In this document: one piece after another, positions 17,629 to 27,680 of the stretch | How positions within the stretch are numbered: the stretch's first letter is position 1 | How the letters are laid out: each line of letters starts with the position of its first letter | DNA from: Butyrivibrio sp. | Lineage (GTDB): Bacteria > Bacillota > Clostridia > Lachnospirales > Lachnospiraceae | NCBI GenBank assembly: GCA_023665525.1 | Contig: JAMPDT010000003.1 | Span: forward strand, 4,682-68,681 | Reading direction: 5' to 3' | DNA length: 64,000 nucleotides | Position numbers and translations under genes: made by a program | Notes under the pieces: model-generated | Database searches by the model: none | Told to the model about the DNA's origin: nothing | The model's input: only the letters and a program-made list of their open reading frames with translations

Positions 17629-19157
17629 TGCAGGTCGGCAGCGGCTGTGCTTTTGAAATGGAGGGCGGCGAGATTTACGGCTGCTATGCCTCCGTGAGCG
17701 GAGGAGCCGTTATAAACGAGGGAATGTTTAATTTTACGGGCGGCAAAATATATTCAAACGCGTCGGGCAATAACGGCGGCGCGCTTGTCTCGAAGGGAAC
17801 GACGCTTATAAGCGGCGGAAAAATATACGGCAGCGCCTCTCCCAACGGCGGCGGAATCATAACGTGGAGCGGGGAGCTGACGCTGGAATCGGGAGAAATA
17901 TACGGCAATACCGCTTCAAGGAACGGCGGCGGTATTTATCATAACGGCGGAATCGTTAAGCTGTGCGGAGATACGAGGATTGCGGACAACGAGGGCGGAA
18001 ATCTCTATCTGCCGACAGGCAGGACCGTGAAGGCGGCGGATTTATCGCAAAAAGCAAGCGTGGGAGTGACGACGGCGGCTGCGCCCGCAGACGGAGCGTC
18101 CGTCAAGGTTACTGACGGCGGCGGTTCCGATTACCGTGAATATTTTCACAGCGACGGCGATCTGTACGAGGTGATTAACGGAGAGGGCAACGCGGTCTGC
18201 CTCAGGCTGTTTCCCTTTGAAACGGAGGTAAATTCGGACGGCTCGGACACGCTTATTATACGCGGCTATACGGGCGGGGACGAAAAGGTTGTGATTCCCG
18301 AGCGCATAGGCGGCAAAACCGTAACGGAGGTGTATGACCTCGGCGGCAGATCGGACGTTGCCTCGGTCACGATTCCAAAGACCGTTTCACAGATATGCGG
18401 CGGGGCGTTTTATTCGCTGCCCAATTTGAAGGAGGTGCGTTTCGACGGATTAAACGACGACGCCGTAACCGTAGGTGCCAAAGCCTTTCCCGACAGCCTT
18501 GAAAAAATATATTTCCCGTCGGGACTGACCGATTCGGACATAAAGGCAAAAATGGGACTTGACATATTCCCCGAGGGCGCGGCGCTTTATTCGGGAGACG
18601 TAGTGCTGCCGCATGATTTTTCCGATTATGATTCGGACGAGAGCAGACATTGGCAGGTTTGCGCGGCGTGCGGCGAAATAAAGCCCGACAGCGCGAAGGA
18701 GCATTCGGGCGCGGGAGAATACGAAAAGGTAAGCGATACGCATCACCGTCGGCTGTGCGAATGCGGTCTGCAAATAGACACGCTTCATGAATGGAATGAG
18801 GAGGTGATTACGGTTCCCGCCACGGAAGCCGAGGACGGAGAGGCAAAATATACCTGTACCCTTTGCGGCGCCGAGACGCTGAAAGCGGTTCCCGCCTTGG
18901 GACACACCCACAAATGGGGCGAATGGAGCATAACCTCTGCGCCGAGCGAGACTTTGGGAGGTACGGCGGAGCGGATATGCGAGGGCAATTCAGAGCATAA
19001 GGAGGAGCTTTCGCTTCCGAATCTTAAGGACGGCGCGGTATGGACGGCGGGAGCGAGAGTTGAGCCGACGAAAGATCGCGACGGCTCGCAGGAGTACACG
19101 AGCGTCTACGGAAAGGTTACGGTTATTCTTCCCAAAACGGGAGGCGGAGCCGATACG

Positions 19158-19229
19158 CCTGAGGAGCCGACCTCACCTGAGGAGCCGACAGATCCCGAAG
19201 AACCGACCTCGCCCGAGGAGCCGACAACG
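19158..19229 (+). repeat. 4 x 18-bp tandem repeat (PEEPT[S/D/T])
   Basis: cctgaggagccgacctca-like units. Confidence 0.9.
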
Positions 19230-19992
19230 CCCGTCGATCCCGACGACGGAAGCCTTGCGGAGGATACGCAGATAGGAGCCGACGCGCCGAGGGCGGAGTT
19301 TTCGATGACGCTCGAGAAGCTTGCCGGTGCGGTTCTGACGGAGCAAGAGCTCGCAAAAATAAAGGACGGCGTTGACATAAAGATTATCCTGACGGTTGAG
19401 GACGCGCGGAATACGGCTTCCGCCGAGGATAAAACGGCTGTGGAGGACGCGTTGAGGGGGCTGGACGGCTATAAGCTCGGACAGTACCTCGACATAGGTC
19501 TTATCAAGGAGATCGGGGAGGCGCGCGAAAGGGTCGTCAAAACCTCGAAGCCCATAGCCGTAACGCTTGAGCTGCCAGAGGAGCTTTTGGGCAAAAACAG
19601 AAGCTGCGCGATAATACGCATTCATGACGGCAGGGCTGATATATTGGAGGATCGGGACGATAATCCGAATACGGTTACCGTTGAAACCGACCTGTTTTCG
19701 ACCTACGCAATCGTATTTTACGAGGAGAGGACGCCTGTCGCGACGGGCGTAAAATCCGCCGCCGCGCTTTGTGTCGCGCTCGGAGTATGCGCTCTGCTTA
19801 TGCTTGCGCTTCTCTGTTTTACGACGGGCAGGAACGGAATGTCCGAGGAAAAGAAGGAGCGTATTTTCTCAGGGCTTGTCGCTTGGGGAAAGAAGGGCGG
19901 AAGGCTTCGCACGCGCATTGCGCTGGCGCTGATTTTCCTTCTGCTGAGCTTTTATTACTGCATAGGCAAAAGGACCTTGCCCGAAAAACAGC

Positions 19993-20021
19993 TTGACAGC
20001 AGCTTTAAATAGTGTTATGTT
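19993..20021 (+). promoter_or_regulatory. SigA promoter for the T-box-pheST leader
   Basis: TTGACA-17-TATGTT with a TG extension; lies in the 3' end of the upstream CDS. Confidence 0.6.
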
Positions 20022-20038
20022 GGTAACAAGTTTTGATA

Positions 20039-20275
20039 AAGGCTGTGAAGGCACACAGTAGTCAGCGAAAAGCACCGACAGAGAGAAGAGGTCGTCGGCT
20101 GTAAGCCTCTTCGGGTTAAGTCCGCTGACGAATTTCATGCCGGAGCCGCGGTCCTTAAAGCGCAGGCGAGTAGGGACCGACGTCAATGCACGTTACGCAT
20201 AGAGTGCCGATTTACTGCAATCGGAATCAGGGTGGTACCGCGATTAACCTCGTCCCTTTGGGGACGGGGTTTTTT
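20039..20275 (+). ncRNA. T-box riboswitch (Phe)
   Basis: T-box AATCAGGGTGGTACCGCG at 20225-20242; AGAGA/GCTG stem I motifs; probable specifier TTC at 20134-20136; terminator AACCTCGTCCC-GGGACGGGGTT plus T run; directly upstream of pheS. Confidence 0.93.
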
Positions 20276-20322
20276 AATGCGTCGGGGAAACGGCGCGGCA
20301 ATCAAGGAAAGGACAGGGACAT

Positions 20323-21342
20323 ATGAAGGAGAAATTACAGGCAATAAGGGAGAAAGCCCTTGCCCGCATCGCAGAATCCGACAGCTTGGAAAAGCTGAAC
20401 GAGATCCGCGTGGCGTATCTTGGCAAGAAGGGCGAGCTTACCGAGGTTTTGAAGGGAATGAAGGACGTAAAGCCCGAGGACAGACCCAAAATCGGAGCCA
20501 TGGTCAACGACGCGCGCGAGGCGATAGAACAGAAAATCGACGAGATTAAGAATAAGCTTTCCGCGGCGGCAAGGGAGGCAAGGCTCAAAAAAGAGGTTAT
20601 AGACGTTAGCCTCCCCGCCAAAAGGAATGCCGTGGGACATTCGCACCCCAATACGGTCGCGCTCGAAGAGGTTGAGCGGATTTTCATAGGAATGGGCTAC
20701 GAGGTGGTAGAGGGACCCGAGGTCGAGTACGATTACTACAATTTCGAGGCGCTTAATATTCCCGCAAATCACCCCGCGAAGGACGAGCAGGACACCTTTT
20801 ACGTCACCGACAAAATCGTGCTGAGAACCCAAACCTCGTCAACGCAGGTGCATGAAATGGAAAAGGGAAAGCTCCCGATAAGAATGATTGCGCCCGGACG
20901 CGTTTTCCGTTCGGACGAGGTGGACGCGACGCATTCGCCCTCCTTTCATCAGGTGGAGGGGCTTGTCATAGACAAAAATATCACCTTTGCCGACCTTAAG
21001 GGTACGCTCGACGTATTTGCGAAGGAGCTTTTCGGTTCAAAGACAAGGGTTAAATTCAGACCCCATCATTTTCCGTTCACGGAGCCGAGCGCGGAGATGG
21101 ATGTGTCCTGCTTTAAGTGCGGCGGAAAGGGCTGCCGCTTCTGCAAGGATTCGGGTTGGATTGAAATTCTCGGCTGCGGTATGGTCCACCCCCATGTGCT
21201 GGAGATGAGCGGGATCGACCCCGAGGAATACACGGGCTTTGCCTTTGGCATAGGACTTGAGCGTATCGCTATTCTGAAATACGAGATAGACGATATGAGG
21301 CTTCTTTACGAAAACGACATAAGGTTCCTGAACCAGTTTTAA
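20323..21342 (+). CDS. pheS: Phenylalanyl-tRNA synthetase alpha subunit
   Basis: LRTQTS; FRSD; HFPFTEPS; GFAFGIGLERIA. Confidence 0.98.
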   Translation: MKEKLQAIREKALARIAESDSLEKLNEIRVAYLGKKGELTEVLKGMKDVKPEDRPKIGAMVNDAREAIEQKIDEIKNKLSAAAREARLKKEVIDVSLPAKRNAVGHSHPNTVALEEVERIFIGMGYEVVEGPEVEYDYYNFEALNIPANHPAKDEQDTFYVTDKIVLRTQTSSTQVHEMEKGKLPIRMIAPGRVFRSDEVDATHSPSFHQVEGLVIDKNITFADLKGTLDVFAKELFGSKTRVKFRPHHFPFTEPSAEMDVSCFKCGGKGCRFCKDSGWIEILGCGMVHPHVLEMSGIDPEEYTGFAFGIGLERIAILKYEIDDMRLLYENDIRFLNQF

Positions 21343-21360
21343 ACAGAAAGGATTGCATAT

Positions 21361-23778
21361 ATGAACACAGCGTTATCATGGATTAAAGCGTATGTGCCCG
21401 ATTTGGACTGCACGGCACAGGAATATACGGATAAAATGACACTGACGGGCACCAAGGTCGAGGGCTTTGAGAGACTTGACGCGGATTTGGATAAAATAGT
21501 CGTCGGTCAGATTAAAAAAATCGAGCGCCACCCCGACGCGGACAAGCTTGTGATCTGTCAGGTCGATATTGGAACGGAAACAATTCAGATTGTTACGGGC
21601 GCGCCCAATGTGTACGAGGGAATGAAAGCTCCCGTGTGTCTTGACGGCGGAAGAGTCGCGGGCGGTCATGACGGGAGCAGGACGCCAGGCGGGATCAAAA
21701 TCAAAAAGGGCAAGCTCAGAGGCGTCGAGTCCTGCGGAATGATGTGCTCGATAGAGGAGCTTGGCTCCTCAAAGGATTATTACCCGAACGCTCCCGAGGA
21801 CGGGATTTACGACATGGGAGAGCAGGCGGCTGTGGGCGCGGACGCCATTGAGGCGCTCGGACTGCGCGACGTGGTTTTTGAATATGAAATAACCTCCAAC
21901 AGAGTTGACTGTTACAGCGTGCTGGGCATAGCCAGAGAGGCGGCGGCAGCCTTCGGCAAGTCCTTTGTGCCTCCGATTGTGGAGGCGGCGGGCAGCGGCG
22001 AGGACGTAAATTCCATGATCGAGATCGAGGTCAGGGACGAAAAGCTCTGCCCCCGCTACTGCGCGCGGATTGTCAAAAACATAAAGCTCGCGCCCTCGCC
22101 CGAGTGGATGCAAAGAAGGCTTGCCGCGAGCGGCATAAGGCCGATAAACAATATTGTGGATATAACCAATTACGTTATGGAGGAGTACGGTCAGCCCATG
22201 CACGCCTACGATTACGATACGCTTGCGGGACACCGCATTGTGGTGCGCAGGGCGGACGACGGAGAGGTGTTTCGGACGCTCGACGGACAGGACAGAAGGC
22301 TGGATTCCTCGGCGCTTATGATCTGCGACGGCGAGAAGGCTGTCGGACTCGCGGGAATTATGGGCGGTGAAAATTCCAAGATTACCGACGGCGTAAAGAC
22401 CCTGCTGTTTGAGGCTGCCTGCTTTGACGGAACAAACATAAGGCTGTCCTCCAAAAAGGTGGGCTTGAGGACGGACGCCTCGGGCAAGTTCGAGAAAGGG
22501 CTTGATCCGTACAACGCCGAGGCGGCGATCAACAGGGCGTGCCGGCTTATTGAGGAGCTTGGAGCGGGAGAGGTTGTCGGAGGAATTGCCGACGTGTTCC
22601 CCAAAAAGCCCGAGGGCAGAAAACTTCCCTTTGAGCCCGATAAATACAACAGGCTTCTCGGGACCGACGTATCCGAAAAGGAAATGCTGTCGTATTTTGA
22701 AAAGCTGGAGCTTAAGTACAGTGAGGCGGACAATATGATTGAGATACCCTCGTTCAGGCAGGATCTGTTAAGAAGCTGCGATTTGGCTGAGGAGGTCGCG
22801 CGCTTCTACGGCTATGACAGGATCCCCGTTACACTGCCGAGGGGCGAATCGACCTTCGGACGGCTTTCGTTCAAGCTTACGGTTGAGGCGCTCGCGAGGG
22901 AGGTAGCGCAGTTTTGCGGCTTCTCGCAGTCGATGAATTACTCCTTTGAAAGCCCCAAGGCGCTTGACAAGCTTCTGATTCCCGAGGATTCTCCGCTTCG
23001 CGGCGCGGTGACGATACAAAATCCCCTGGGACAGGATTTCAGCATAATGAGGACGCAGGCGCTCAACGGAATGCTTTCCTCGCTCGCCACGAATTTTAAC
23101 CGCAAAAACAAAAACGTGCGCCTTTACGAAATCGGCAATATCTATATTCCGAAGAGCCTTCCCCTGACGGAGCTGCCCGACGAGATAAGCCGCTTCACCC
23201 TTGGAATGTACGGAGAGGGAGATTTCTTTTCACTCAAGGGAGTTGTGGAGGAGTTCCTCGAGAAGGCGGGGCTGACGGGAAAAATCGTTTACAGTCCCGA
23301 GGATAAGAAGCCTTATTTTCATCCGGGGAGACAGGCGGATATAATCTACGACGGAGAAACGCTCGGATTCTTGGGAGAAATCCACCCCGAGGTCGCCGAC
23401 AGCTACGGAATCGGCGAGAGAGTGTACTATGCCGACATAAATATGCGCGCCGTGGAGGCGAGGGCGGACTTCGGCAAAAAGTACAGGGAAATAGCCAAAT
23501 TTCCCGCTTCGACAAGGGATATAAGCCTTGTCGCGGACAAATCCTTAATGATCGGCACGATGGAGGCGGCGATAGAAAAGCGCGGCGGAAAGCTTCTTGA
23601 AAGCTGTAAGCTGTTTGATATATACGAGGGAGAGCAGGTCGGAGAGGACAAAAAGTCGGTTGCGTTCAGCCTTGTTTTCCGAGCAAACGACAGAACTCTT
23701 TCCGACGCGGAAATAAACGGCGTTATGGATAAAATCCTCGCGGAGCTTGCGGGATTGGGAGCCGTTCTCAGACAGTAG
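21361..23778 (+). CDS. pheT: Phenylalanyl-tRNA synthetase beta subunit
   Basis: HPDADKL; KLRGVESCGMMCS; NRVDC; B3/B4, B5 and FDX-ACB domains. Confidence 0.98.
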   Translation: MNTALSWIKAYVPDLDCTAQEYTDKMTLTGTKVEGFERLDADLDKIVVGQIKKIERHPDADKLVICQVDIGTETIQIVTGAPNVYEGMKAPVCLDGGRVAGGHDGSRTPGGIKIKKGKLRGVESCGMMCSIEELGSSKDYYPNAPEDGIYDMGEQAAVGADAIEALGLRDVVFEYEITSNRVDCYSVLGIAREAAAAFGKSFVPPIVEAAGSGEDVNSMIEIEVRDEKLCPRYCARIVKNIKLAPSPEWMQRRLAASGIRPINNIVDITNYVMEEYGQPMHAYDYDTLAGHRIVVRRADDGEVFRTLDGQDRRLDSSALMICDGEKAVGLAGIMGGENSKITDGVKTLLFEAACFDGTNIRLSSKKVGLRTDASGKFEKGLDPYNAEAAINRACRLIEELGAGEVVGGIADVFPKKPEGRKLPFEPDKYNRLLGTDVSEKEMLSYFEKLELKYSEADNMIEIPSFRQDLLRSCDLAEEVARFYGYDRIPVTLPRGESTFGRLSFKLTVEALAREVAQFCGFSQSMNYSFESPKALDKLLIPEDSPLRGAVTIQNPLGQDFSIMRTQALNGMLSSLATNFNRKNKNVRLYEIGNIYIPKSLPLTELPDEISRFTLGMYGEGDFFSLKGVVEEFLEKAGLTGKIVYSPEDKKPYFHPGRQADIIYDGETLGFLGEIHPEVADSYGIGERVYYADINMRAVEARADFGKKYREIAKFPASTRDISLVADKSLMIGTMEAAIEKRGGKLLESCKLFDIYEGEQVGEDKKSVAFSLVFRANDRTLSDAEINGVMDKILAELAGLGAVLRQ

Positions 23779-23787
23779 GTTAAAAAT

Positions 23788-24558
23788 ATGTGGGTTAAAA
23801 TAATTGTCTGCTTTATATCGGGAATGGGAGCGGGCTTGGGTACGGGTTTTGCGGGAATGAGCGCGGCGGCGGTCATCACGCCCATGCTTGTTACCTTTCT
23901 CGGACTTCCCGCCTACGAGGCGGTCGGAATCGCGCTTGCCAGCGACGTGCTTGCGAGCGCGGTAAGCGCCTGCACCTATGGGCGCAGCCGCAACCTCGAC
24001 GTTAAAAACGGGCTTATAATGATGGCGGCGGTGCTCGCGTTTACGATGCTTGGGAGCTTTGCGTCGAGCAAGGTGCCCAATACTGCCATGGGTAATTTTT
24101 CCGTGGTGATGACGCTTTTTCTCGGAATAAAATTTATCGTAAAGCCCGTTATGACGACCAAGGAAAAAATGCTGTCGGCGGACGCGAAAAAGCGCGCCGT
24201 ACAGTCGCTTTTGTGCGGCAGTCTGATAGGCTTTATCTGCGGCTTTGTCGGAGCGGGCGGCGGAATGATGATGCTTTTGATACTGACCTCGGTGCTGGGC
24301 TATGAGCTTAAAACCGCCGTCGGCACAAGCGTTTTTATTATGACCTTTACCGCGCTCGTAGGCTCCGTCAGCCATTTTGCGATAGGCGGCGCTCCCGATT
24401 GGCGCATACTTCTGATGTGTGCTGCGTCCACCTTTTTGTGGGCTAGGGCTGCGGCGGTTATAGCCAACAGGGCGAAGCCCGTGTTTTTGAACAGGGCGAC
24501 GGGCGTTATTCTCATAGTATTGAGCGCGGCGGTGCTTATCGTGAATATATTTGTTTGA
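23788..24558 (+). CDS. Sulfite exporter TauE/SafE family protein
   Basis: Hydrophobic; GFVGAGGG; AVGTS. Confidence 0.85.
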   Translation: MWVKIIVCFISGMGAGLGTGFAGMSAAAVITPMLVTFLGLPAYEAVGIALASDVLASAVSACTYGRSRNLDVKNGLIMMAAVLAFTMLGSFASSKVPNTAMGNFSVVMTLFLGIKFIVKPVMTTKEKMLSADAKKRAVQSLLCGSLIGFICGFVGAGGGMMMLLILTSVLGYELKTAVGTSVFIMTFTALVGSVSHFAIGGAPDWRILLMCAASTFLWARAAAVIANRAKPVFLNRATGVILIVLSAAVLIVNIFV

Positions 24559-24580
24559 ATTTTTTTAAATAGGTGTTAAA

Positions 24581-25606
24581 ATGGAATTAAAGGAATTTGA
24601 TTATTATCTTCCGAAGGAGCTTATCGCTCAGGATCCGCTTGAGGAACGCTCCGCGTCGAGGCTCCTTGTTTTGGACCGCACCACGGGAGAAATCGAGCAT
24701 AGGAGATTCACGGATATAGCGGATTATCTGAACGAGGGCGACTGTCTGGTCATAAACGATACAAGGGTTATTCCCGCGAGGCTTTACGGCACGAAGGAAA
24801 ATACGGGCGCTCTGATAGAGATTCTTTTGCTGAAACGGAGAAGCGGCGATACATGGGAATGCCTTGTGCGTCCCGGGAAAAAGGCGCGCGCGGGTACGGT
24901 GATTTCTTTCGGCGGAGGACTTCTTAGGGGAGAGATAACGGAGATTGTCGAGGACGGCAACAGGCTCATACATTTCGAGTACGAGGGCATTTTCGAGGAG
25001 CTTCTCGATAAGCTGGGACAGATGCCCCTGCCGCCCTACATCACGCATGAGCTTAAGGATAAGAGCCGCTATCAGACCGTTTACGCGAAGCATGACGGCT
25101 CGGCAGCCGCGCCCACCGCGGGGCTTCATTTTACGGAGGAGCTGCTGCAAAGGATTGAGGCGAAGGGAGTACGGCTCGCGAGGGTGACGCTTCATGTGGG
25201 GCTGGGGACGTTCAGACCCGTCAAGGTCGAAAATATACGGGAGCACCGTATGCATTCGGAGTTTTTTTGCATAGAAAAGGAACAGGCGGATATTATTAAT
25301 TCGGCTAAGGCTTCGGGAGGGCGCGTCGTCTGCGTCGGGACCACGAGCTGCCGGAGCGTTGAGTCCGCCGCCGCAGAGGACGGGTATGTTCCCGCCGCAA
25401 GCGGGGAAACCGATATTTTTATTTATCCGGGCTATTGTTTTAAAGCGCTTGACTGTCTTATAACGAACTTTCACCTGCCGGAGTCAACCCTGCTTATGCT
25501 TGTTTCGGCTCTTGCGGGTAAGGATAAAATAATGCGCGCGTACGAGGAGGCGGTAAGGGAGCGGTACAGGTTCTTCAGCTTCGGGGACGCGATGCTTATA
25601 AAATAA
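24581..25606 (+). CDS. queA: SAM:tRNA ribosyltransferase-isomerase
   Basis: LIAQDP; MPLPPYI; AAPTAGLHF; TNFHLPEST; FFSFGDAM. Confidence 0.98.
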   Translation: MELKEFDYYLPKELIAQDPLEERSASRLLVLDRTTGEIEHRRFTDIADYLNEGDCLVINDTRVIPARLYGTKENTGALIEILLLKRRSGDTWECLVRPGKKARAGTVISFGGGLLRGEITEIVEDGNRLIHFEYEGIFEELLDKLGQMPLPPYITHELKDKSRYQTVYAKHDGSAAAPTAGLHFTEELLQRIEAKGVRLARVTLHVGLGTFRPVKVENIREHRMHSEFFCIEKEQADIINSAKASGGRVVCVGTTSCRSVESAAAEDGYVPAASGETDIFIYPGYCFKALDCLITNFHLPESTLLMLVSALAGKDKIMRAYEEAVRERYRFFSFGDAMLIK

Positions 25607-25621
25607 TCAGGAGGTTGCCAA

Positions 25622-25981
25622 ATGGAACAAAACGAAAAAAGATGGAGCAAAAGAATGGAGATTAACGCCACCATCAAGCTTAAAACCATCAGGAACGAAA
25701 AAATGCTTTTTGAGCCGAAGCAGGAGGAATTCGAGGTGGACGTAATCAATATCTCCAAGGGCGGAATGGCTTTCCGCACAAAGGAGCTGCTACCGCTCAA
25801 CTCGTACTACGACGCCAAGGTCGTGCTGTGGACGAAGGACAGCTTTAACGCGGTGCTTGAGATCATAAGAATGGAAAACGAGGATTTGGAGGGCGATATT
25901 ACCTACGGCTGCAAGTTTATCGGACTGAATCCCGCGGAGCAGTTTAAAATAGACGTGTACGAAATAGTAAACGAGTCATAA
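25622..25981 (+). CDS. PilZ domain protein
   Basis: RWSKR (RxxxR) and NISKGG ([D/N]xSxxG). Confidence 0.8.
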   Translation: MEQNEKRWSKRMEINATIKLKTIRNEKMLFEPKQEEFEVDVINISKGGMAFRTKELLPLNSYYDAKVVLWTKDSFNAVLEIIRMENEDLEGDITYGCKFIGLNPAEQFKIDVYEIVNES

Positions 25982-26006
25982 AATATTTTTCATAAGGAGA
26001 TGCGAG

Positions 26007-27080
26007 ATGTCTGTTGAGACGGCAAATTTCGGCAAAACGAAGGACGGCAGGGAGATAAAGCTTTATACGGTCGCCAACTCTGGCAATACTGTGCTTAAGC
26101 TCACCGATATGGGGGCGGTTTGGGTTTCCATGCTTGTGAGGGATAAAAACGGCGTGACGGAGGACGTGGTTCTCGGGCTTGAATCGGGGGAGGAATACGA
26201 GCAAAGAAGCTACGACGCTTTCGGCGCGACTGTCGGACGCAATGCGAACCGTATTTACAGGCATAAATTTGCCCTTAACGGCAGTGAATACGATCTCGCG
26301 GACAATGATTCGGGAAATAATCTGCACAGCGGACCGAATACCTATTACACGAGGCTTTGGGAGAGCAGAGCCGTCAGGACGGACGAGGGCGAGGGCGCAG
26401 AGTTTTCGCTTTTCAGCCCCGACGGCGACCAGGGAATGCCGGGGAACCTTAAGCTTTCCGTAACCTATATCCTTACGGAGGACGACTCCGTCATTATCGA
26501 GTACAGGGCTTTGAGCGACGCCGACACGGTTTTTAATATGACGAACCATTCGTATTTTAACCTCGGCGGACATAAGAGCGGGAGCATCGACGGGCATACG
26601 GTGCAGATATACGCGGACAAATTTACCTTCGGAACGAACGGCAGGATCGCGGACGACGAGCTGTACGCCGTGAAGGGAACTCCGCTTGATTTCGGAGCGC
26701 CCAAGAGAATCGGGGACGGTCTGCGTTCCGAGCAGGAGGTCATAAGGACAAAGGGCGGCTACGACCATAATTTCTGCCTTGAAAACAACGGAAGGCTTAT
26801 GCCCGCCGCAAGGGTTGCGGAGCCAAAAAGCGGCAGAGTAATGGAAATCAGCACGGATATGCCGGGCTTGCAGATGTACACGGGGAATTATATAAGCCCG
26901 AAAAACAAGGGCAAGGACGGCGCGGTTTACGCTCCCTACGGCGGAGTGGCTTTTGAAACGCAGTGTTACCCCGACGCAGTCAATCACCCCTCCTTTCCCT
27001 CGCCGATAATCAGGGCGGGCGAGGAGAAGGTAAGCCGTACCGTATATCATTTTGACACAGCTAAGGAGAGCCGCGCATAG
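26007..27080 (+). CDS. galM: Aldose 1-epimerase (galactose mutarotase)
   Basis: GRNANRI; LHSG; NMTNHSYFNL; GYDHNF; FETQ. Confidence 0.92.
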   Translation: MSVETANFGKTKDGREIKLYTVANSGNTVLKLTDMGAVWVSMLVRDKNGVTEDVVLGLESGEEYEQRSYDAFGATVGRNANRIYRHKFALNGSEYDLADNDSGNNLHSGPNTYYTRLWESRAVRTDEGEGAEFSLFSPDGDQGMPGNLKLSVTYILTEDDSVIIEYRALSDADTVFNMTNHSYFNLGGHKSGSIDGHTVQIYADKFTFGTNGRIADDELYAVKGTPLDFGAPKRIGDGLRSEQEVIRTKGGYDHNFCLENNGRLMPAARVAEPKSGRVMEISTDMPGLQMYTGNYISPKNKGKDGAVYAPYGGVAFETQCYPDAVNHPSFPSPIIRAGEEKVSRTVYHFDTAKESRA

Positions 27081-27665
27081 ATGAAGGACAATCATTTTTT
27101 TGCCATGATGTCCCGTATGAAGTATATCAACAGATGGGGGCTTATGCGCAATACTTTTAAGGAAAACATAAGCGAGCACAGCCTTGAGGTGGCGATGATC
27201 GCCCATGCCTTGGGCGTGATAAGCAACAGCATATTCGGGGGCGGCGTAAACGCGGAAAGGCTCGCGCTTATGGGAATGTACCATGACGCCACCGAAATAA
27301 TAACGGGGGATATGCCGACGCCGATAAAATATTACAACCCTGCGATCCGCGACGCCTACAAGGAGGTCGAGGGGATTGCCGCAAAGGAGCTGCTGACGGG
27401 GCTTCCCCGCGAGATCAGGGACGCGTATTCGGGCATTCTTGACGAAACGGAGGAGGAAAAGGAGCTTTGGCGCTTTGTAAAGGCTGCGGACAAAATTTCC
27501 GCTTATATAAAATGCGTCGAGGAAAAACGTATGGGAAACAGTGATTTTGAGAAGGCGGGGGAATCGGTAAAGCGGATAATCGAAGATATGGGAATGCGCG
27601 AGGCGGACTATTTTATGAAAAATTTTATGCCCGCATACGAGCTTACGCTTGACGAATCCAAATAA
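27081..27665 (+). CDS. 5'-deoxynucleotidase, YfbR-like HD hydrolase
   Basis: RWGLMRN; ENISEHS; HDATEIITGDMPTP; ADK. Confidence 0.92.
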   Translation: MKDNHFFAMMSRMKYINRWGLMRNTFKENISEHSLEVAMIAHALGVISNSIFGGGVNAERLALMGMYHDATEIITGDMPTPIKYYNPAIRDAYKEVEGIAAKELLTGLPREIRDAYSGILDETEEEKELWRFVKAADKISAYIKCVEEKRMGNSDFEKAGESVKRIIEDMGMREADYFMKNFMPAYELTLDESK

Positions 27666-27680
27666 GGCTACGGGGGATAT

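Larger units (their letters stand above)
16949..20012 (+). pseudogene. Large surface/adhesin-like protein, frameshifted at a G9 tract (ORFs 16949-17656 and 17628-20012)
   Basis: ORF1 has a signal peptide. The Gly-rich beta-helix-like repeats continue in the +1 frame after G9 (17620-17628). ORF2 has LRR-like, Cys/His, PEEPT and C-terminal TM segments. Confidence 0.85.

Noticed and set aside
19158-19229. 18-bp repeats as a regulatory or CRISPR-like array
   Set aside because: They encode an in-frame PEEPT linker.
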